Of a stretch of DNA of 64,000 nucleotides, positions 1 through 13,086 are shown piece after piece (the first letter of the stretch is position 1; each line of letters begins with the position of its first letter). Both the position numbers and the translations under genes were made by a program. The notes under the pieces are model-generated. The model was not told the origin of the DNA, did not search any database, and saw nothing but the letters and a program-made list of their open reading frames with translations. This DNA is from Chara braunii (taxonomy: Eukaryota > Plantae > Charophyceae), in assembly GCA_003427395.1 (NCBI GenBank), contig BFEA01000013.1:5475039-5539038 (forward strand), given 5' to 3'.

Positions 1-330
1 ATGTTTTTTTGGTTTTTCTTTTTTGGTCTGTTTTTTTTTTGGTCAAGGTCTGTATGAGTCAAGTTCAGTGTTTGTTGGGTTCCTGGAGATGGTTGTTTTG
101 GATAGTGGTGAAAATTGTGAAAATCGACAAATTGAAATGTTGGTAAAATTTCATGAAAGTGCACTTTTGGCTTGCTGTTTTATATGTTCTTTATTTATTT
201 TTTTCGTTTTTATTTTTTACAATATGTTAGTAAGAAGTGCATTCTACAGATTGTTGTGAAGTATGGTTAAAATGACCCTTTGTTTTTTTTATAAATGAGG
301 GTGAAAATTGGGGGGTCGGTTAACCTTCTC

Positions 331-746
331 TCATCCAGTGGTATCCAGACTTTAGATCAATCTTATTGAATACTTGCAGCCCTGCAACTGGTCCAACAAG
401 TCGTCAATGCGTGGAAGTGGTTCGGCGTTCTCAATAGTGACGACATTCAACCTTCTGTAGTCAATACAAAGACGCAACTCACCTTCCTTTTTGGGCACAA
501 ATAGAACAGGGGCACCATAAGGAGAGGAGTTAGGCGAATCCATCCTTTTTCTATTAGTTCCTCAAGTTCCCTAGGAGACATTCGATAGATAGGGCCCTTG
601 GGAATCTTACTACCAGGAATAATTTCTATTATGTGCTTGAAAGCACGTTCAATTATTCCTGTTGGTTCAGTTTGCAGATCTTTATACTCCTCTTGAGTCC
701 TCCAGGAGTTTTTCAATCGTAGGATGATAGGAAGTAGAACATTCAC
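331..746 (-). pseudogene. Gypsy reverse transcriptase, N-terminal fragment
   Basis: ORFs 447..746 ([27 protein letters not shown]) and 352..543 (APVLFVPKK...LCIDYRRLN...PLPRIDDLL) are frameshifted relative to each other. Confidence 0.92.
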
Positions 747-1620
747 CTGCCTTGTTTACTAAGACCATCATTACTTCCTTTCCCAATCTCTTCTTTGAAA
801 CCATTGATCGAAATGCTGGGTAACTCGTACAACAAAAAGACAAACTAGAGTTATAGTCAAACTTATAATGCAGTTTGATTGGTTTCAACTCGGAATGTGC
901 ATCCTTTAGTTGCACTATTTTATCTTTGAGCTTGATTTCTGGGTTGGCTTCCTCATGCCAGTCCATACCCAAAATTAAATCAAAGGGTAAGTTCTTTTCC
1001 ACAAGGAAGGATACTTCGTGTAGAATCTTTTTACCTTCCTTGGTTTGGAAACGACACGTAACACGATCGACACACTGCGCGATAGTGATCGTGCTTCTGT
1101 CTGCCAAAATAGACGTGATAGGTCGAGACAGATCTTTCACTTTCATTCCGAGATGCAACTTGCGGATTGCTTTCTCGAATATGTAGGGTCTCATCAATCC
1201 CGAGTCCAATAGTGCACCTACGCGTGTATGTGCAATCTCTAAATCCGCGATTAATAGGTCACCCTTCGACGTAGATTTCTTAGCCCACGAGCTCTGTAGT
1301 GCCAACAACTCCTTACCGAGCTCATCAAGAGAGTCGTCCAGAGAGAGTGCATAAGGGTGGTCTAGACGATGGGCCGAGGAAGAACCATCCTTTGCCATGC
1401 GACTCAAAGGGTTGAAAGGGTTAGTAGGCGCCTTACCTTTATCTACATCCAAACCCTTAGACTCAGTAGGAGCAGATGTTACTCTTATTGGTTGCTTGCT
1501 TTTGGGTTTCGGATTAACGGGCACCAAACAATTACATGCCCTGCAGTGCCACACTTCAGGCACTATGGGTTGTCCATCCGCTCCTGCCACGTTTCTCTTG
1601 ACAAGCCCATCTTTTCCCAT
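682..1620 (-). pseudogene. Gag-pol linker plus retropepsin-like aspartic protease
   Basis: ORF 682..1620 contains VGALLDSG and LPFDLILGMDW. Confidence 0.88.
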
Positions 1621-1646
1621 GACCTCCCTGCCGCAATTTTGGGATG

Positions 1647-3200
1647 TTATGGGAATGAGCGTGGTCTCTTCTTTTTTACTGGCAGTCGTGGTCCTCCCTT
1701 GTTGACCACAACAACAGTGACTTCCCCCTTCCCCGACTCACTGCTGCTCACCACACCCTTGGCCTCCAATGGCCACTTCTCCACAGTATTGTCATCAAAG
1801 ACGACGAGGGTGTGGTCATGGCGCTTTTGGCGCCAAAGTATCCACTTGCCTGATCCTGCACCACCACCAAACTTCACAACAGATGCATACGAATTCTTTA
1901 CTTGAGAAGTCATTTGCTCCCTCTGAAGAGCAGGATCGCGAAACTGTCTGTAGTTATACTTACTGGATTTTGATGCTGCCACGAGTTGTCCTCGAATGGG
2001 CTTGGGCAGAGCGCGGGAATAGATATATAAGACTTGGTTGTCCTGCAGGTTCATTCCGGGAACCTGCAACAGTCGATCAACTTTTCGAGACAAGGCTTCT
2101 ACCGAGGTCCAATGTTTTTGACCAATGGTAGTGAGCTGGTCAAAGGCCTTGTCGGCCGCCGTCTTGTCCAAGGAACTACTTCAGGTTCAAGTTTGCAGCC
2201 CACTCCCGAATATCATCAAACCCCGCTGCGTTGGCTTCGGCCAAAACCCATTCCTTTGCTTCCCCCCTAAGACAAGAAGTAGAGAAAGCAACTTGGGACT
2301 CGGGTTCAACAGGGGCCGTACTACAATATGTTTGTATCTCGACAATCCACAACAGGAAATTTTCACCCTTGCTATTGCTGAATGTAAAAGGCAATTTCAT
2401 CTTGACTTCTTTCTTTTAAGCTTTCTCAGGCTGTGCAGTGGTGTACTTCTTTTCTTCTGGAGACTTCGGCAGACTCGAAGGCTCCCCTTTCTTTTCTTCC
2501 GGTTTATAGGTCTCTTCATTAAGAGACTTCATGGCATCTCCCATTAATTTCTTTGGTTTTTCTTATGTTTTTGTTTTGACTTCCTCAACCACCTGGTGCT
2601 TTCCTTTGACCAGTTTTGTGATTGTCCGTAGTCCCGCGGCCACATCATCAATATGTGCCTGCATCTGTTCACCGTATTGATCAATTTTCACCTTAAGGTG
2701 AGCTAAGTAGGTCACAAGTTGAGCCAAAGACATTTCCTGATCTTCTCCTTCGGTCTTGATAACAGTTTGTCTGATTTCTTGGATTTCTGCTCTTGCTGTT
2801 CACTCTTTTCCTTTCTCAATTCTACTTTCCGTTTCTTCTCCTTCTCAAGTGCTTCCTCTAGTTGTCTGATATTTTCATCCGCAGTTTCTTCAGACACAAT
2901 TATTTCTCTCGACTCTTTTCGGTCAACAATCCTTCCAAGATGCTCAATGATATACTTATCAATTGCCTGACGACACTTGATTAGTACATACTGAACCCGT
3001 ATGACGTCGGTGCCTGTTTTGGCTTGTTCGATAGCAGTTCGTACTGCCTTCAAGTCGAACTTGTCTCGCACGTATACTCGGCTTCGGCACCTGCACCACG
3101 AAGGTCAGAAATCAGTTGGTCCAAGCGGGCATTCAAACCCTTCTTCCGCTCGTCCACTTGATGCCTGGTTTGGGGATTAGGGGTCTCCTCATCAATGCTG
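1647..3200 (-). pseudogene. Gypsy gag, fragmented
   Basis: ORFs 2712..3071 (coiled coil), 2176..2400 (LPFTFSN...FLLWIVEIQTY) and 1647..2171 (YSRALPKPIRGQL) lie collinearly upstream of the protease. Confidence 0.8.
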
Positions 3201-3646
3201 AAGATGAGTGGGACTGGATAGAAGAGAAAGGGAATAAATCGAGTAAGCACCGATAATTTCAAACAATTCCAGAAGAGAGACATCGTGAGGTGCGTCTGCC
3301 GCACAGTAAATAATCAAATAACAATAACAAATCCCACGGCCGCACTATTCTACAACAGCAAGAATTTCAAACAACCGAAGAAGAAAATAAATACAATTAT
3401 TTCTAATTCTAGCAAGTGTTGTTCTTTGTCTGTCTGTGTGATGACGTTCTAATTAAGAGTGTATAGGTACCACCTCAGGCCCGTGTGATCAGATACAACA
3501 CACAAGTACGCACAACACCACAACACAGCAAACGACAGGTAAGTATGCCAACATCAATCAACAAACAATTTGTCAGCAATCTTCTTCTTCTTTTCTCTGC
3601 GTCGTTCTTAGTCGTTCTTAGTGCCAATGCAATACCACACCCCTCT

Positions 3647-5130
3647 TGACAGCTGGCACTACAGCTGTCCAGTCAGCCGTTCAATCAGCAGTACCACATT
3701 CATCTTCAAGGTGCAACTCTTACTTGGCAGCCACCTGCCTACCTCGTGTCATCCCTGGCGTGCCAACATAGCAGATCTGCCACGTCAGCACATCAGTGTG
3801 TAATCAATCAATGGTGGGATGCCACGTCAGCAAATGTGTGCTCTGGTCCTTCCCACTTGCCACTTCCTAGCGTCTTGGTGTGATACTGTCGATGTTCCAG
3901 CCAATCAAGTCAATGCCACGTCAGCCAATGGAGCCAATGCCATGTCAACAGCCACGCCACATCAGAAGACAATCGTGTACGACACCTGCCTGCCACATCA
4001 GCAATTAGCCTTGATGTCCAAAGGCCACGTCAGCATAATCAGATTTGGTTGCGCCTCAGCTGCTAATGCAGCATGAGAATGCCACGTCAGCAATCTCCAG
4101 CAACCAAGTCTCTAGACGTGGCACATGATATGCCACGTCAGCGTGGAATCGCAATGCCGCCTCACTATCGCAATCCTGGCTGGTTTGCGGTCAATCTTGA
4201 TTGCGATCCCGATTGCCACGTCAGCAATCACGTTGTAATCTGGTCTTCTCGCCAGCGAAGTCCGTGCCACGTCAGCAACATCGGCCTTCTTCGTCGTTGT
4301 CCACGTCAGATCTTGTTGTCATCACATCGGTCGTCGTCGTCAGGAGTATGCTCCGATACCAAATTACAATGAACCCAGATCGTGAAGACACTTGTCAACA
4401 ATGCAAGCCCAGATGAATATAAACCTGCTGATGATTATCAATAATCATAATCGTGTCCAGATAGAATGAGATGGGAGAATCATACACAGACGAAAAGAGA
4501 GAGGAGGGAGAATAGACTTAGAGAGTGGAGAGGCAATGCCCACTTCTGCCTCGGGCTTCCTCCTCGATCACCACCTCAAATAATCAATAGTCTGAACGTA
4601 CATCTGAAGTTCTACTACAATGTGCCACGTGGCACGTCAACCAGTCCTCATCAGTGCACTGGAGCAATGTCGACCTGAAGATGACCAGGTACGTGTCCAC
4701 GATTACCCCGTAGTCATGATCTCCTCCTGAGTGACGATAAATCAGAACAGCAGTGCCAGTCACGTAGCCCAGCCATGTCAGCATAGTACACATGGCGGCG
4801 GCCACATCGGCAGCGACGCGTGGCAGCTGCCACATCAGCATGCCCTGAAGACAATAGTCAGCCAGCCACCATGCCGAGATAGCAGCGCATCGCCGTAGTC
4901 ACCCAAATGCCAGCGCAAAGCCAGCGTATGCCAGCGCAAAGCCAGCGTCCAGCCAGCGTATGCCAGCGCAAAGCCAGCGTCCAGCCAGCATCGCAGCGTC
5001 CAGCCAGTGTCGTCGTCAACACGTGAAGTCAGCATTGACGCAAGACTGCATGAATGTCAAAGTCAGGAAGTCAGCGCTTAGTAGCGTTGACGCGGGGTCT
5101 GGACCCGGATGCTGCATCCCTCAGCTGTCA
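3647..5130 (-). repeat. 5' LTR (~1.48 kb) of the 331-5130 element
   Basis: It has perfect 9-bp terminal inverted repeats, TGACAGCTG (3647) and CAGCTGTCA (5130), with TG...CA ends, and lies directly upstream of gag. Confidence 0.8.
3778..4840. promoter_or_regulatory. Array of GCCACGTCAG (TGACGTGGC, bZIP G/C-box/hex-like) motifs within the LTR
   Basis: There are about 8 exact GCCACGTCAG copies (near 3779, 3821, 3914, 4024, 4081, 4132, 4214, 4266) plus several GCCACATC variants. Function is inferred from the motif only. Confidence 0.5.
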
Positions 5131-6439
5131 AGATCTTAGTGCAAATGACGGCCCAGATTGGCCTGAAACTGAATTCCCTCTGGCCTTGATACTGTCTGGG
5201 TGCCTGCGCACAACAAGTGAGTGTATCTGACCAAGGGCCTGGGCGCGGTACCTTTGACCTGACAGTTGAGTTAGACTTTTGACTTTCCTAGGGCAGTGCG
5301 TGGTCACACTGCCTGGTGCAGGCCGAGTTTGGCCTGCATCGTCTGGGCTCCGTTTCGAGGGCCCAGACTGCTGCAGAACACAGGTTACTGCAGTATGGAG
5401 GTGGGAGAGAACGAATTTATGAGGGTGGACACACCTATTTGGAAATAGCAACCAAGTTGCCCTTATGAAGACATTTTCTGTTGCATTTGATAATAAAATT
5501 GTTGGGCTTTGCAGGCGACTGCAAGTAGCAACCACATTGCACTCACTAAGATTTTCAATGGTTGTATTTGATAGTAAAATTTGTTGGGCTTTAAAAAACA
5601 AATAAGGCACCCATGATCCCAGGAACAGACCCAGACATCAGAAATCTCAGCAAAATCTCAGAACAGCTGCAAAACTCAGAAGGATACAGAAATCTCAGTC
5701 TTCATTTTTTCTGTTTATTACAATAGCAAAGCTTTTGTAATGCAGATTGCCACCCTTGTATTTCAAATTTTTCCCATCTCCCTTCACTTTGTGTTTCTAT
5801 TGGGTAAGTATATGACCAGCAAAGTTGAGCAAACACAGGAAATCTTTTTCATTTCTTTCCCCTCTATTGTTTTGCACTCAACCTGCCAACCGGTCATCCT
5901 AGCAGTTATGTTCGGAACTGTTTTGTTCGGTTATCTCTGGGATGGCCACTATTGTATTTGAAACTTTTATCAGTGTGTCCGAAACCGGCCATATGATTCC
6001 CAACTATTGTGTTCCGATGCGTCGGATAACACCCCGCATCTTTGGAGGCCTGGCCTACCAAATGGAAAAGGCTGGCTGATCCAGGCAAAAGGAAGTGAAT
6101 TTTCGTCGCCCCAGTCACACAAAAACTTTGGTGTCGCAGAAATTGGTATATGAGAAAGGTCGCGGACGTATTGATTGTTCAAGTATCACATGACCAGCAC
6201 AACCTTTCTTTTCTATCTACCCTCCTGCTTTGCAAGTAACCGGACATTGGTTCAACTTAATAATTTGACTTCTTATTTCATTAAAAGGGCCTTTACCCGC
6301 TCAGACCCTGAATAACGAACGCAGCATAATGGGCCCCACTTGGCCAGAACTCAATTCGTGAAAAGCCGGTCAAAAGACATGTTCTCTGGGTCAAAAGTCA
6401 CATCCTAACTGAAGTGAGGAGTTGCGTCAAAGGTCACAG

Positions 6440-7130
6440 TCGTGCCCCAGGACAAACAGTTGTAGCATTCAATTGTGAGAGTCACGTCTGTTCGTCCAGG
6501 GGACTGTGCAAGTCATGTCTGTTTGTGCAGTAAATGTGTCTGTTCGTGCAGAAGTTGTGTCTGTTCGAAAGGAAGTCGATGGGGTAGAGTCCCAGTCCAA
6601 GTCAAAGTCCAATAGGCAGTCCAGATTCAGACCCAAAGTCCAAAATTCAGGCCTAAAGGCCGCAGCAGCAGCAGATCCTGAGGGAAAGGTACTGGGACAC
6701 ATTCTGCAGTGGTCTGGAACTAGGGAAAGACCCAAGGAAGACTGATTCAGACCTCGCGAAGGGAGGCCAGCACTATAAGAGACCAGGCCAGCCTCCCCGC
6801 ACGACAGATCTCCACTGGCATTGATGCGTGGAAGTGCTGAAGCACTTGTGCACTGGCATGCAGGGGGAATGCGCTGGTTGGAAGCTGCGCAAGCAAAGGA
6901 AGAAGAGGCTGGGTGCTGACTGGCAGAAGCAGCCATAGTTGTGCCAGCATTATTAGTAGAAGCAGAGGGGTTAGTAGTAGATATCAGTGAGTAGCATTCA
7001 GAGTATATCCTCATAAGTAGGGAGTGAGCATGCAGAGTGAGACGAGGGAACCAGGACAGAGATCTTGAGAGAAAAGAGAGAAAGAGAAGACAGGTTGTGA
7101 AGTTGGATATGGTGGATACTTACCAGTTGG
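6440..7130 (+). repeat. Dispersed LTR-like repeat, related in inverted orientation to ~16060-16780
   Basis: Shared blocks include CCCAGTCCAAGTCAA (6591; reverse complement at ~16398) and GTGGAAGTGCTG...TGTGCACT (~6828; reverse complement at ~16317). Boundaries are approximate. Confidence 0.45.
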
Positions 7131-8892
7131 CGCCATGCTTGTGATCTGAGGGTAGATGCTGGCTGAGCCAGGCCCTATATTGGTGATTGAACGAGGGAGA
7201 CTTGTAATCTGTTGGCGTTGAACTCTTGAACTCGAGATACTGTTTGTATAATGTGATGTTGATAATATGAGCTGCGCTATCTGGTTCTCATCTAATCTCG
7301 ACTTGGCCTTGTGTGAAGTTTTTTCTATCTGTGTGTTGACATCTATGCATGCGAAGTGATACACTCCAGCAAGCTGTGAACAGTCAGGTTCCTTGCATCA
7401 TCCAACAAGAAGTAAACCCCTGCCGTAATCCAATGGAATGTGAGTCTCATGCACAGTTTTTTCATGTTTATGTGATGTGCAGACAATTGATGCCCGATGC
7501 AAACTCGCACATGCGCTGTCACAGCAGTGGTTTGGTCAATTTATTGCACCTGAAAGTGGATCTGATGGTGAGTTTTTCAGGAAATTGGAACCCAGTGGTA
7601 GTCGGCCTTGATTTGCATGTGTCTTATGACTCTTATCCAAAGGGAAATATTTGTGAGTAGCAAGAAACAGAAGAATGATGATTGTAACAGCCGGGAGTGG
7701 CTTAGTGGCGTATGGTCCTTTAGAAGCAGTGTACTGGGATGAGACTTTGAGGCTTGCCGAAGTGTTCGGAAACATACAGTTCCACACTCCTTTGTCCTTC
7801 GTTTCAACGAAGGAACAGCGCCCTGAAGAATTCAGCTGAACAATGTGCACATAAATTGGGTACCTCCAAGAATGGCACCATTTTGTGGTTTCCTACAGGG
7901 ATTTTCCATGAAATATATCTCTAACCCCTGAGTTGACATCCCAGTTGACAGGGTCCCCAACTCCCACCAGGGTTGGTGTCCAGACCCCCGGACGGGCGTT
8001 TGGCCCAGTCGAGGTCCCAGGCGCACATAGCCCCTCCCCAAAAAATTGAAAACGGTGCGATTTTGGGCATGGGGGCCACCCCCTGGCCCCGCGGACCCCC
8101 TAGCCTCTTAAAAAATAAAATCTAGCAGGGTTCCTACAGGCCGCAAGAATGAAAAAGGAAAAAATGCGATCTGGCCGTTGAGCTTATAGATCAACGGCCA
8201 GAAATCATGCACATCACCACTGCGAATCTGCCCGATTTTGCGTGGGCAATGGGCATTTGATTTCGACCACCCACAAGAAATCGCGCAGGTTCACTGCGGT
8301 GTCAAAACACCCGTTACCCCGCTCATGCCTGCGCCGCCCGCGATCAACTAAAGTAAGTGGGCATCCTCTTCTTCGTCGTTGTTGTCATTGTCATGTGTGT
8401 GTGTGGGTGGGTGTAGGTGTGGGTGTGCGTGCGTGTGTGCTCGTGTGTGTATGTGATGGAGAGAGAGAGAGAGAGAGAGAGGCCATCGTCCGACCTTGGC
8501 ACCCGTTCAAGCGACATTCGGGCGGCATCCGCCACCCCCACTTCCTCCTCGTCTTCTTTCTCTTCTTCTTTTTCTTCCTCTTCTTCTTCTTATCTCATTC
8601 TTCTTTCTTGTGTTTCTTTTTCTTCTTCTTAATGTCTTCGTCTTTTTCGTGTTCCTCGCCGGCATCCAAGTGAGTGAGACACTCGACAATCCACCATATC
8701 CGCGTATGGCGCGAAGGGATCAGGGACCAAAAAAAGGAAAAATAGAAAAGGAAGCCTCGAAGTCGCGTCCCTCCCTCCCTCGTCCAACAGACTTTGCACA
8801 TTGGGTGGTATGGGTACCTCCTCCTTTTTTCCCTCACTGGTCGATCTCACATAGGCTACAAATACTTGATCAGCAAGGTCATTCTTGACCAC

Positions 8893-9512
8893 GTGCCTGG
8901 CGAACGCCTGTGTATCTTTTTAACGGAGAATGGGGGAATTAAACTCCCGTTGAATCCCGTTAAATTCAAAAAAAATCCCGTTGAATTCGCGTTAAACGCG
9001 AAAATGGGCCGCTTCCGCACTTTTTGGAAAACCGGAATTGATGCGCGGGGTCCGGAACACGTGGCCCTACGCAAAACTAAAAAAAAAGAGTCGGTGAAAC
9101 TCCGATGAAACAGTTTGTCACAGCCCCTCGTTTGTTGTCCTTTTCTCTCTCTCTTCCTACGGTTTACTGGGCAGTTCTGTTTGTGACGATATATATAGGA
9201 TATGATGAGTCGGTGAAACTCCGACGAAACAGTTTGTCACAGCCCCTCGTTTGTTGTCCTCTTCTCTCTTTCTGCCTACGGTTTACCGGGCAGTTCTGTT
9301 TGTGACGATATATATATGTAATATTATATATATTTTTAAATAAATAATAATAATAAAAAAACAACCCCTGAAGCATCTCCCATCCCCCTCCACATCCACC
9401 AACCCCCAACGCCCCAGTTATGTGTGTGTAGGTGTGCTGTGTGTGCGCGTATGTGTGTATGTGTGTGCCTGCGCGTGAGAGTGTGTCTGTGCATGAATAT
9501 GAATGTATGCGC

Positions 9513-9544
<32 letters not shown>

Positions 9545-10487
9545 GCATGATTGTTGGCGTGAGCGCCAGCGAGCTACAGCTTAGCTCGGCTATGGCTGCC
9601 TGCTCCTTCCTGCTCGCCCGTGAGCACGTGAGTGCCAGCGAGCTACAGCGCGGCAGCGCTTACGCAGCATGCAGCCAGCACCCGAATGCCCAATGTGGAG
9701 GCAGGCCCTTTGCTATATCGAAGTGGCCTGCCTGTGTTCAGCCCCAGGAAGCTTCCAGTAGGGCCCGGTAGCCTGAGGCCCAGCACGAACGCGAACAGGC
9801 CGTGGGCCTGAGGTGGTTGCATGCCCCCAACTGCCTTTGGCCTGTGTTTGGCCCAGTACCCGTATCCAGCCCAGGGCCTGCTTTCCATACATTCACACAG
9901 GCGGCCCAGGGCCTGGGTTTCCTCAACCAACTGACGCCAGACTCATGCAACCTGCTACTGGCCCAATTTTGTGTGTGTGTGTGTCTCTTTTTTTCCTTTT
10001 TTTTATTTGCTTTTTATGGTTTTGATTTTTTTAAGAATACACGAAGTTCCAAAAAAATAAAAAATAAAAAAAATTGTTGTACATCTTTGAAAGATCTACA
10101 ACCCTATATTTTTTATTCGTTCTTTTTGTTTTTGTTTTAGCCCTTAAAAAATCTGTGTGAAACCCAAAACAAAAACACTCATTTCATTTTAGTTTTTATT
10201 TTTTCATTGTGTGTTTATGTTTTTGATTTTTTAAAAATATGTTTAAGCATCAAAAAATAAAAATAAAAATACAGGGTTGTAGTCCTCAAAAAAAACCTAC
10301 AACCCCATTAAAAAAAAAAAAATTTGGACAATTTTTAGCCCTTGAAAAAAATCATCCCGTACCCCGTTAATTCGCGTCCAACTCGCGTTTGAACGGGAGT
10401 TTAACGGGAATTCAACGCGCGTTGAATTTTTCAACGCGGAACCCGCGTTGAATTTAAAATCGAACACACAAGCGAACGCAGGGGCAC
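8893..10487. mobile_element. Possible non-autonomous TIR DNA transposon with inverted subterminal repeats
   Basis: The left end has a CCCGTT/CGCGTT cluster (8940-9000) mirrored by an AACGGG/AACGCG cluster at the right end (10360-10450). The TIR is degenerate (about 17/24) and no TSD was found. Confidence 0.4.
9088..9310 (+). repeat. Two tandem ~100-bp units carrying a minimal hammerhead-ribozyme-like core (Penelope-like pseudo-LTR remnant?)
   Basis: 9202-9238 reads aTGATGA-GTCGG-tgaaact-CCGAC-GAAA-cagttt-GTC. Each unit ends in (TA)n, and a third copy lies at 22561-22662. Confidence 0.55.
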
Positions 10488-10637
10488 TCATGCAACAAAG
10501 GGACAAGCTACTATCTGAGCCGGACGCATGATACAAATGCTACTTCTTCTTCCCCCCTGTCGGACTGGGCAGCAAACACTCATGCTCGCCCATTTTAATA
10601 TCAGCATGCGCGGCGTTGCCGCAATCAGTTCCTAGAA

Positions 10638-13013
10638 TCATGTCAAAAGGAAGCCTATCAGTGTCACGGAGCGCAAAACTTTTTCCACCTTACCCCCTGC
10701 CTCCAACTGGAAGTATGCCTTGATCCCTTCAACATACTCGTATACTATCATTTCTCTATTGTCGGCCAAGTCACTACCGACCTGCTCATCGAGCTTCTTC
10801 ACCTTCATTCCCAGGTGCATCTTCTGCAACCCTCTTCGACTAATATAACTGCACTTTGACCCACTATGTACTAACATGCCTATCGTTCTTGTGCACACTT
10901 CTACATCTGCTATTATTAGCTGCCCCTTTGACTTTTCTTCGTTTCGGCCCAAGTGCGGCGATGAGTGATCAGCTCATCACCAATGCTTGCAAAAGAGCCA
11001 CCTAGAGAGGTCCTAACACGAGCAACCTCTAGACAACTAGCTAGGTGGGGGCCTACAATAGTCTTTGCCATTGGTGCCTTTTCAGCGCACGCTTCTATCT
11101 TCTTGTCTGAGTCAGAAGTCTCCGCAGAGGCAACTGCACCCTTCATTGTCTGTTCCATTTTGGGTATCTTTACTTTGGACAGAAGGGAACTACGTGGTCG
11201 GGCTCACCACATTTAAAACATTGGCTGGCCTTGCGATGGTCTTCCCAGACCTTCTCGTTTATACCCATTTCTTACCAAGGTTTGCCCTCAGCCATCCCTG
11301 GGTGTGCTGGGTATGGCCGCCAATTTCTACCTCTACCTCCACCTCTACCTCTATGAAGGGAGAACCTCTAACACCTTGTGAGGGACCATAAACCCTACCT
11401 CCCACGTAGTAGCTACCTTCGCCACTACCCCTCTGGGCAGTGGGTCCTCGAGCTATACCTCGTCCTCGGTTACCTCTACTTTGTCGACCTCCCCCATGGG
11501 CTGCAATTGCCGCATAGTCCCCTCCCCGGGCTACTTGGCCGTTGTAATCCTCGTCCAAACCATAGTCTATCTGGTCATAGGACAGGGACTCTACACCCCT
11601 TTCCTGGAAGGCGACTAAGAGATTGTCCTTTCCCTTTATTCTACCAGATATGGTTCTATTCTTCCATTTTTTACCGACATGCAAATCCTTCCAATAGTGG
11701 CAATAGTTTGCCTCTTGCAGGAACCCGGCATGGTCTACAACTATCTTGCTGAACTTCTCATAGGCCATCCCCTCTTCTTTAGTTCGGGGATATAACTGGG
11801 TCTTAAGGGGCTCTAGCAATGCTCTAGCAAAGTTATTCAAAATTTGAGCGGGGGTCGGTCCATGATCGGGACGTTGCAGTAGTTCGTCCATGGTGGCCTT
11901 GAGTGCCGACGCACTCTTCCACTTACGGTCACTAATGTTAAGGATGAGGGACTCTGTGTGACGAGCTAAGTTCTTGTCCTGGAAGCAGTCCTTCAGAGCC
12001 TTGAAGGAATCCTCAATCCTAAAACGTTGTGACTATTCTCGCCCCTCATACTGATCTTATCCACCTTTTTTTTCTCCATTCTTCATGGGATGTTTCCCTT
12101 TGTTGTCATGATCTCCATCATCGCCACTGTCTCCAACCCCACTGTCGCCAGCTACCTTGACTACAACGATCATATTTGCCATTTGATGGGTGAAGATATC
12201 ATCTAATTGGTGGGCATAATCCAATATTCTCTCATCTATCCGATGGGACGAAGCACTAAGGAAGTTGTTCCAGGTGCTCTGGAACTCTTCTTGATGCCGC
12301 TCAACTTTACCTACGACTCTTTGTAGTGCATTGAGCTCAAGGGTGGTGTGCAGTCTAGTATCTGTTAGGAGAGTAAGGGAATCCTTCACTTCCACTTTTT
12401 GGCCCTCATGTTTCCTTAATGTCTTTTGAAGCCTCTCTCCTTTTTCCTTCAACCATTTCTTTTCTTCATATTCTTTCCTCTTTTGAACAAACAAACGATT
12501 GTGGAGTTTGCTCCGCTTCACCTCCAACATAAAATTTTTCCCCTCCTGATCTGCAGATGCTGCCAGCCTACCTATGAAAGCTTGTCTTTCAGCATCTGTC
12601 TCTGCAGGCAGTTCGGTATGAAACCTGAATTTTCACTCCCAATACCTCAGTTCACCAGCTCGGCTAGTTTCTGCGACTTCCGGCCGTGGAGTCTGACTTT
12701 CTTTCTTAGGTCTACTTTTCCTTCTCTCCAAACCTTCTCCCTCTTCTTCCTCTTCTTTGTCTTCTAACTCCAACTCTTCGTCTTTCTTCTTCATCTCTTT
12801 ACCCATCTTTTCTTTCTCCTCCTCCATCTTCTTCTTTTCCTGCTCCAGTTCGTCTTTGATATCTTCCTGTTTCATTCTCTTTTTCTCCTCCGTCTCTTTC
12901 TTCTTTTCAGCCAACTTTCTATCAATTTCAGCCTGGTGTTCTACTGTGTATGGCTGCGTGGACCCACCAGACGGCATGGTAACATTTTTGCCGCAAGTCC
13001 GGGGGAACCTCAA
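10638..13013 (-). mobile_element. Decayed Gypsy gag-protease fragment
   Basis: ORFs 12633..13013 and 12057..12530 are K/E-rich coiled coils, 11259..11891 is Gag (NFARALLEPLKTQLY) and 10638..10952 is a protease (MLVHSGSKCSYISR, catalytic D changed to H). The architecture matches the 331-5130 element. Confidence 0.82.
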
Positions 13014-13086
13014 GTAGACTCCACCTCCTCACCACGTAAACCTCACCCTCAACACTTAATCTATCTGAGTGCTTCCCTCCCCACAG

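Larger units (their letters stand above)
331..5130 (-). mobile_element. Ty3/Gypsy LTR retrotransposon, 5' half (LTR, gag, protease, RT N-terminus), decayed and truncated within RT
   Basis: On the minus strand the order is LTR (3647-5130), coiled-coil Gag N-terminus, Gag core (LLWIVEIQTYC...LRGEAKEW), aspartic protease (ALLDSG...DLILGMDW) and RT start ([27 protein letters not shown]...[11 protein letters not shown]), ending at DLKSGYH near 331. There are stops and frameshifts between the ORFs. Confidence 0.93.

Noticed and set aside
7967-8140. CAGGG-type hAT termini (7967, 8126; similar GC-rich ends near 17397 and 48007)
   Set aside because: No matching partner TIR or TSD was found in the window.
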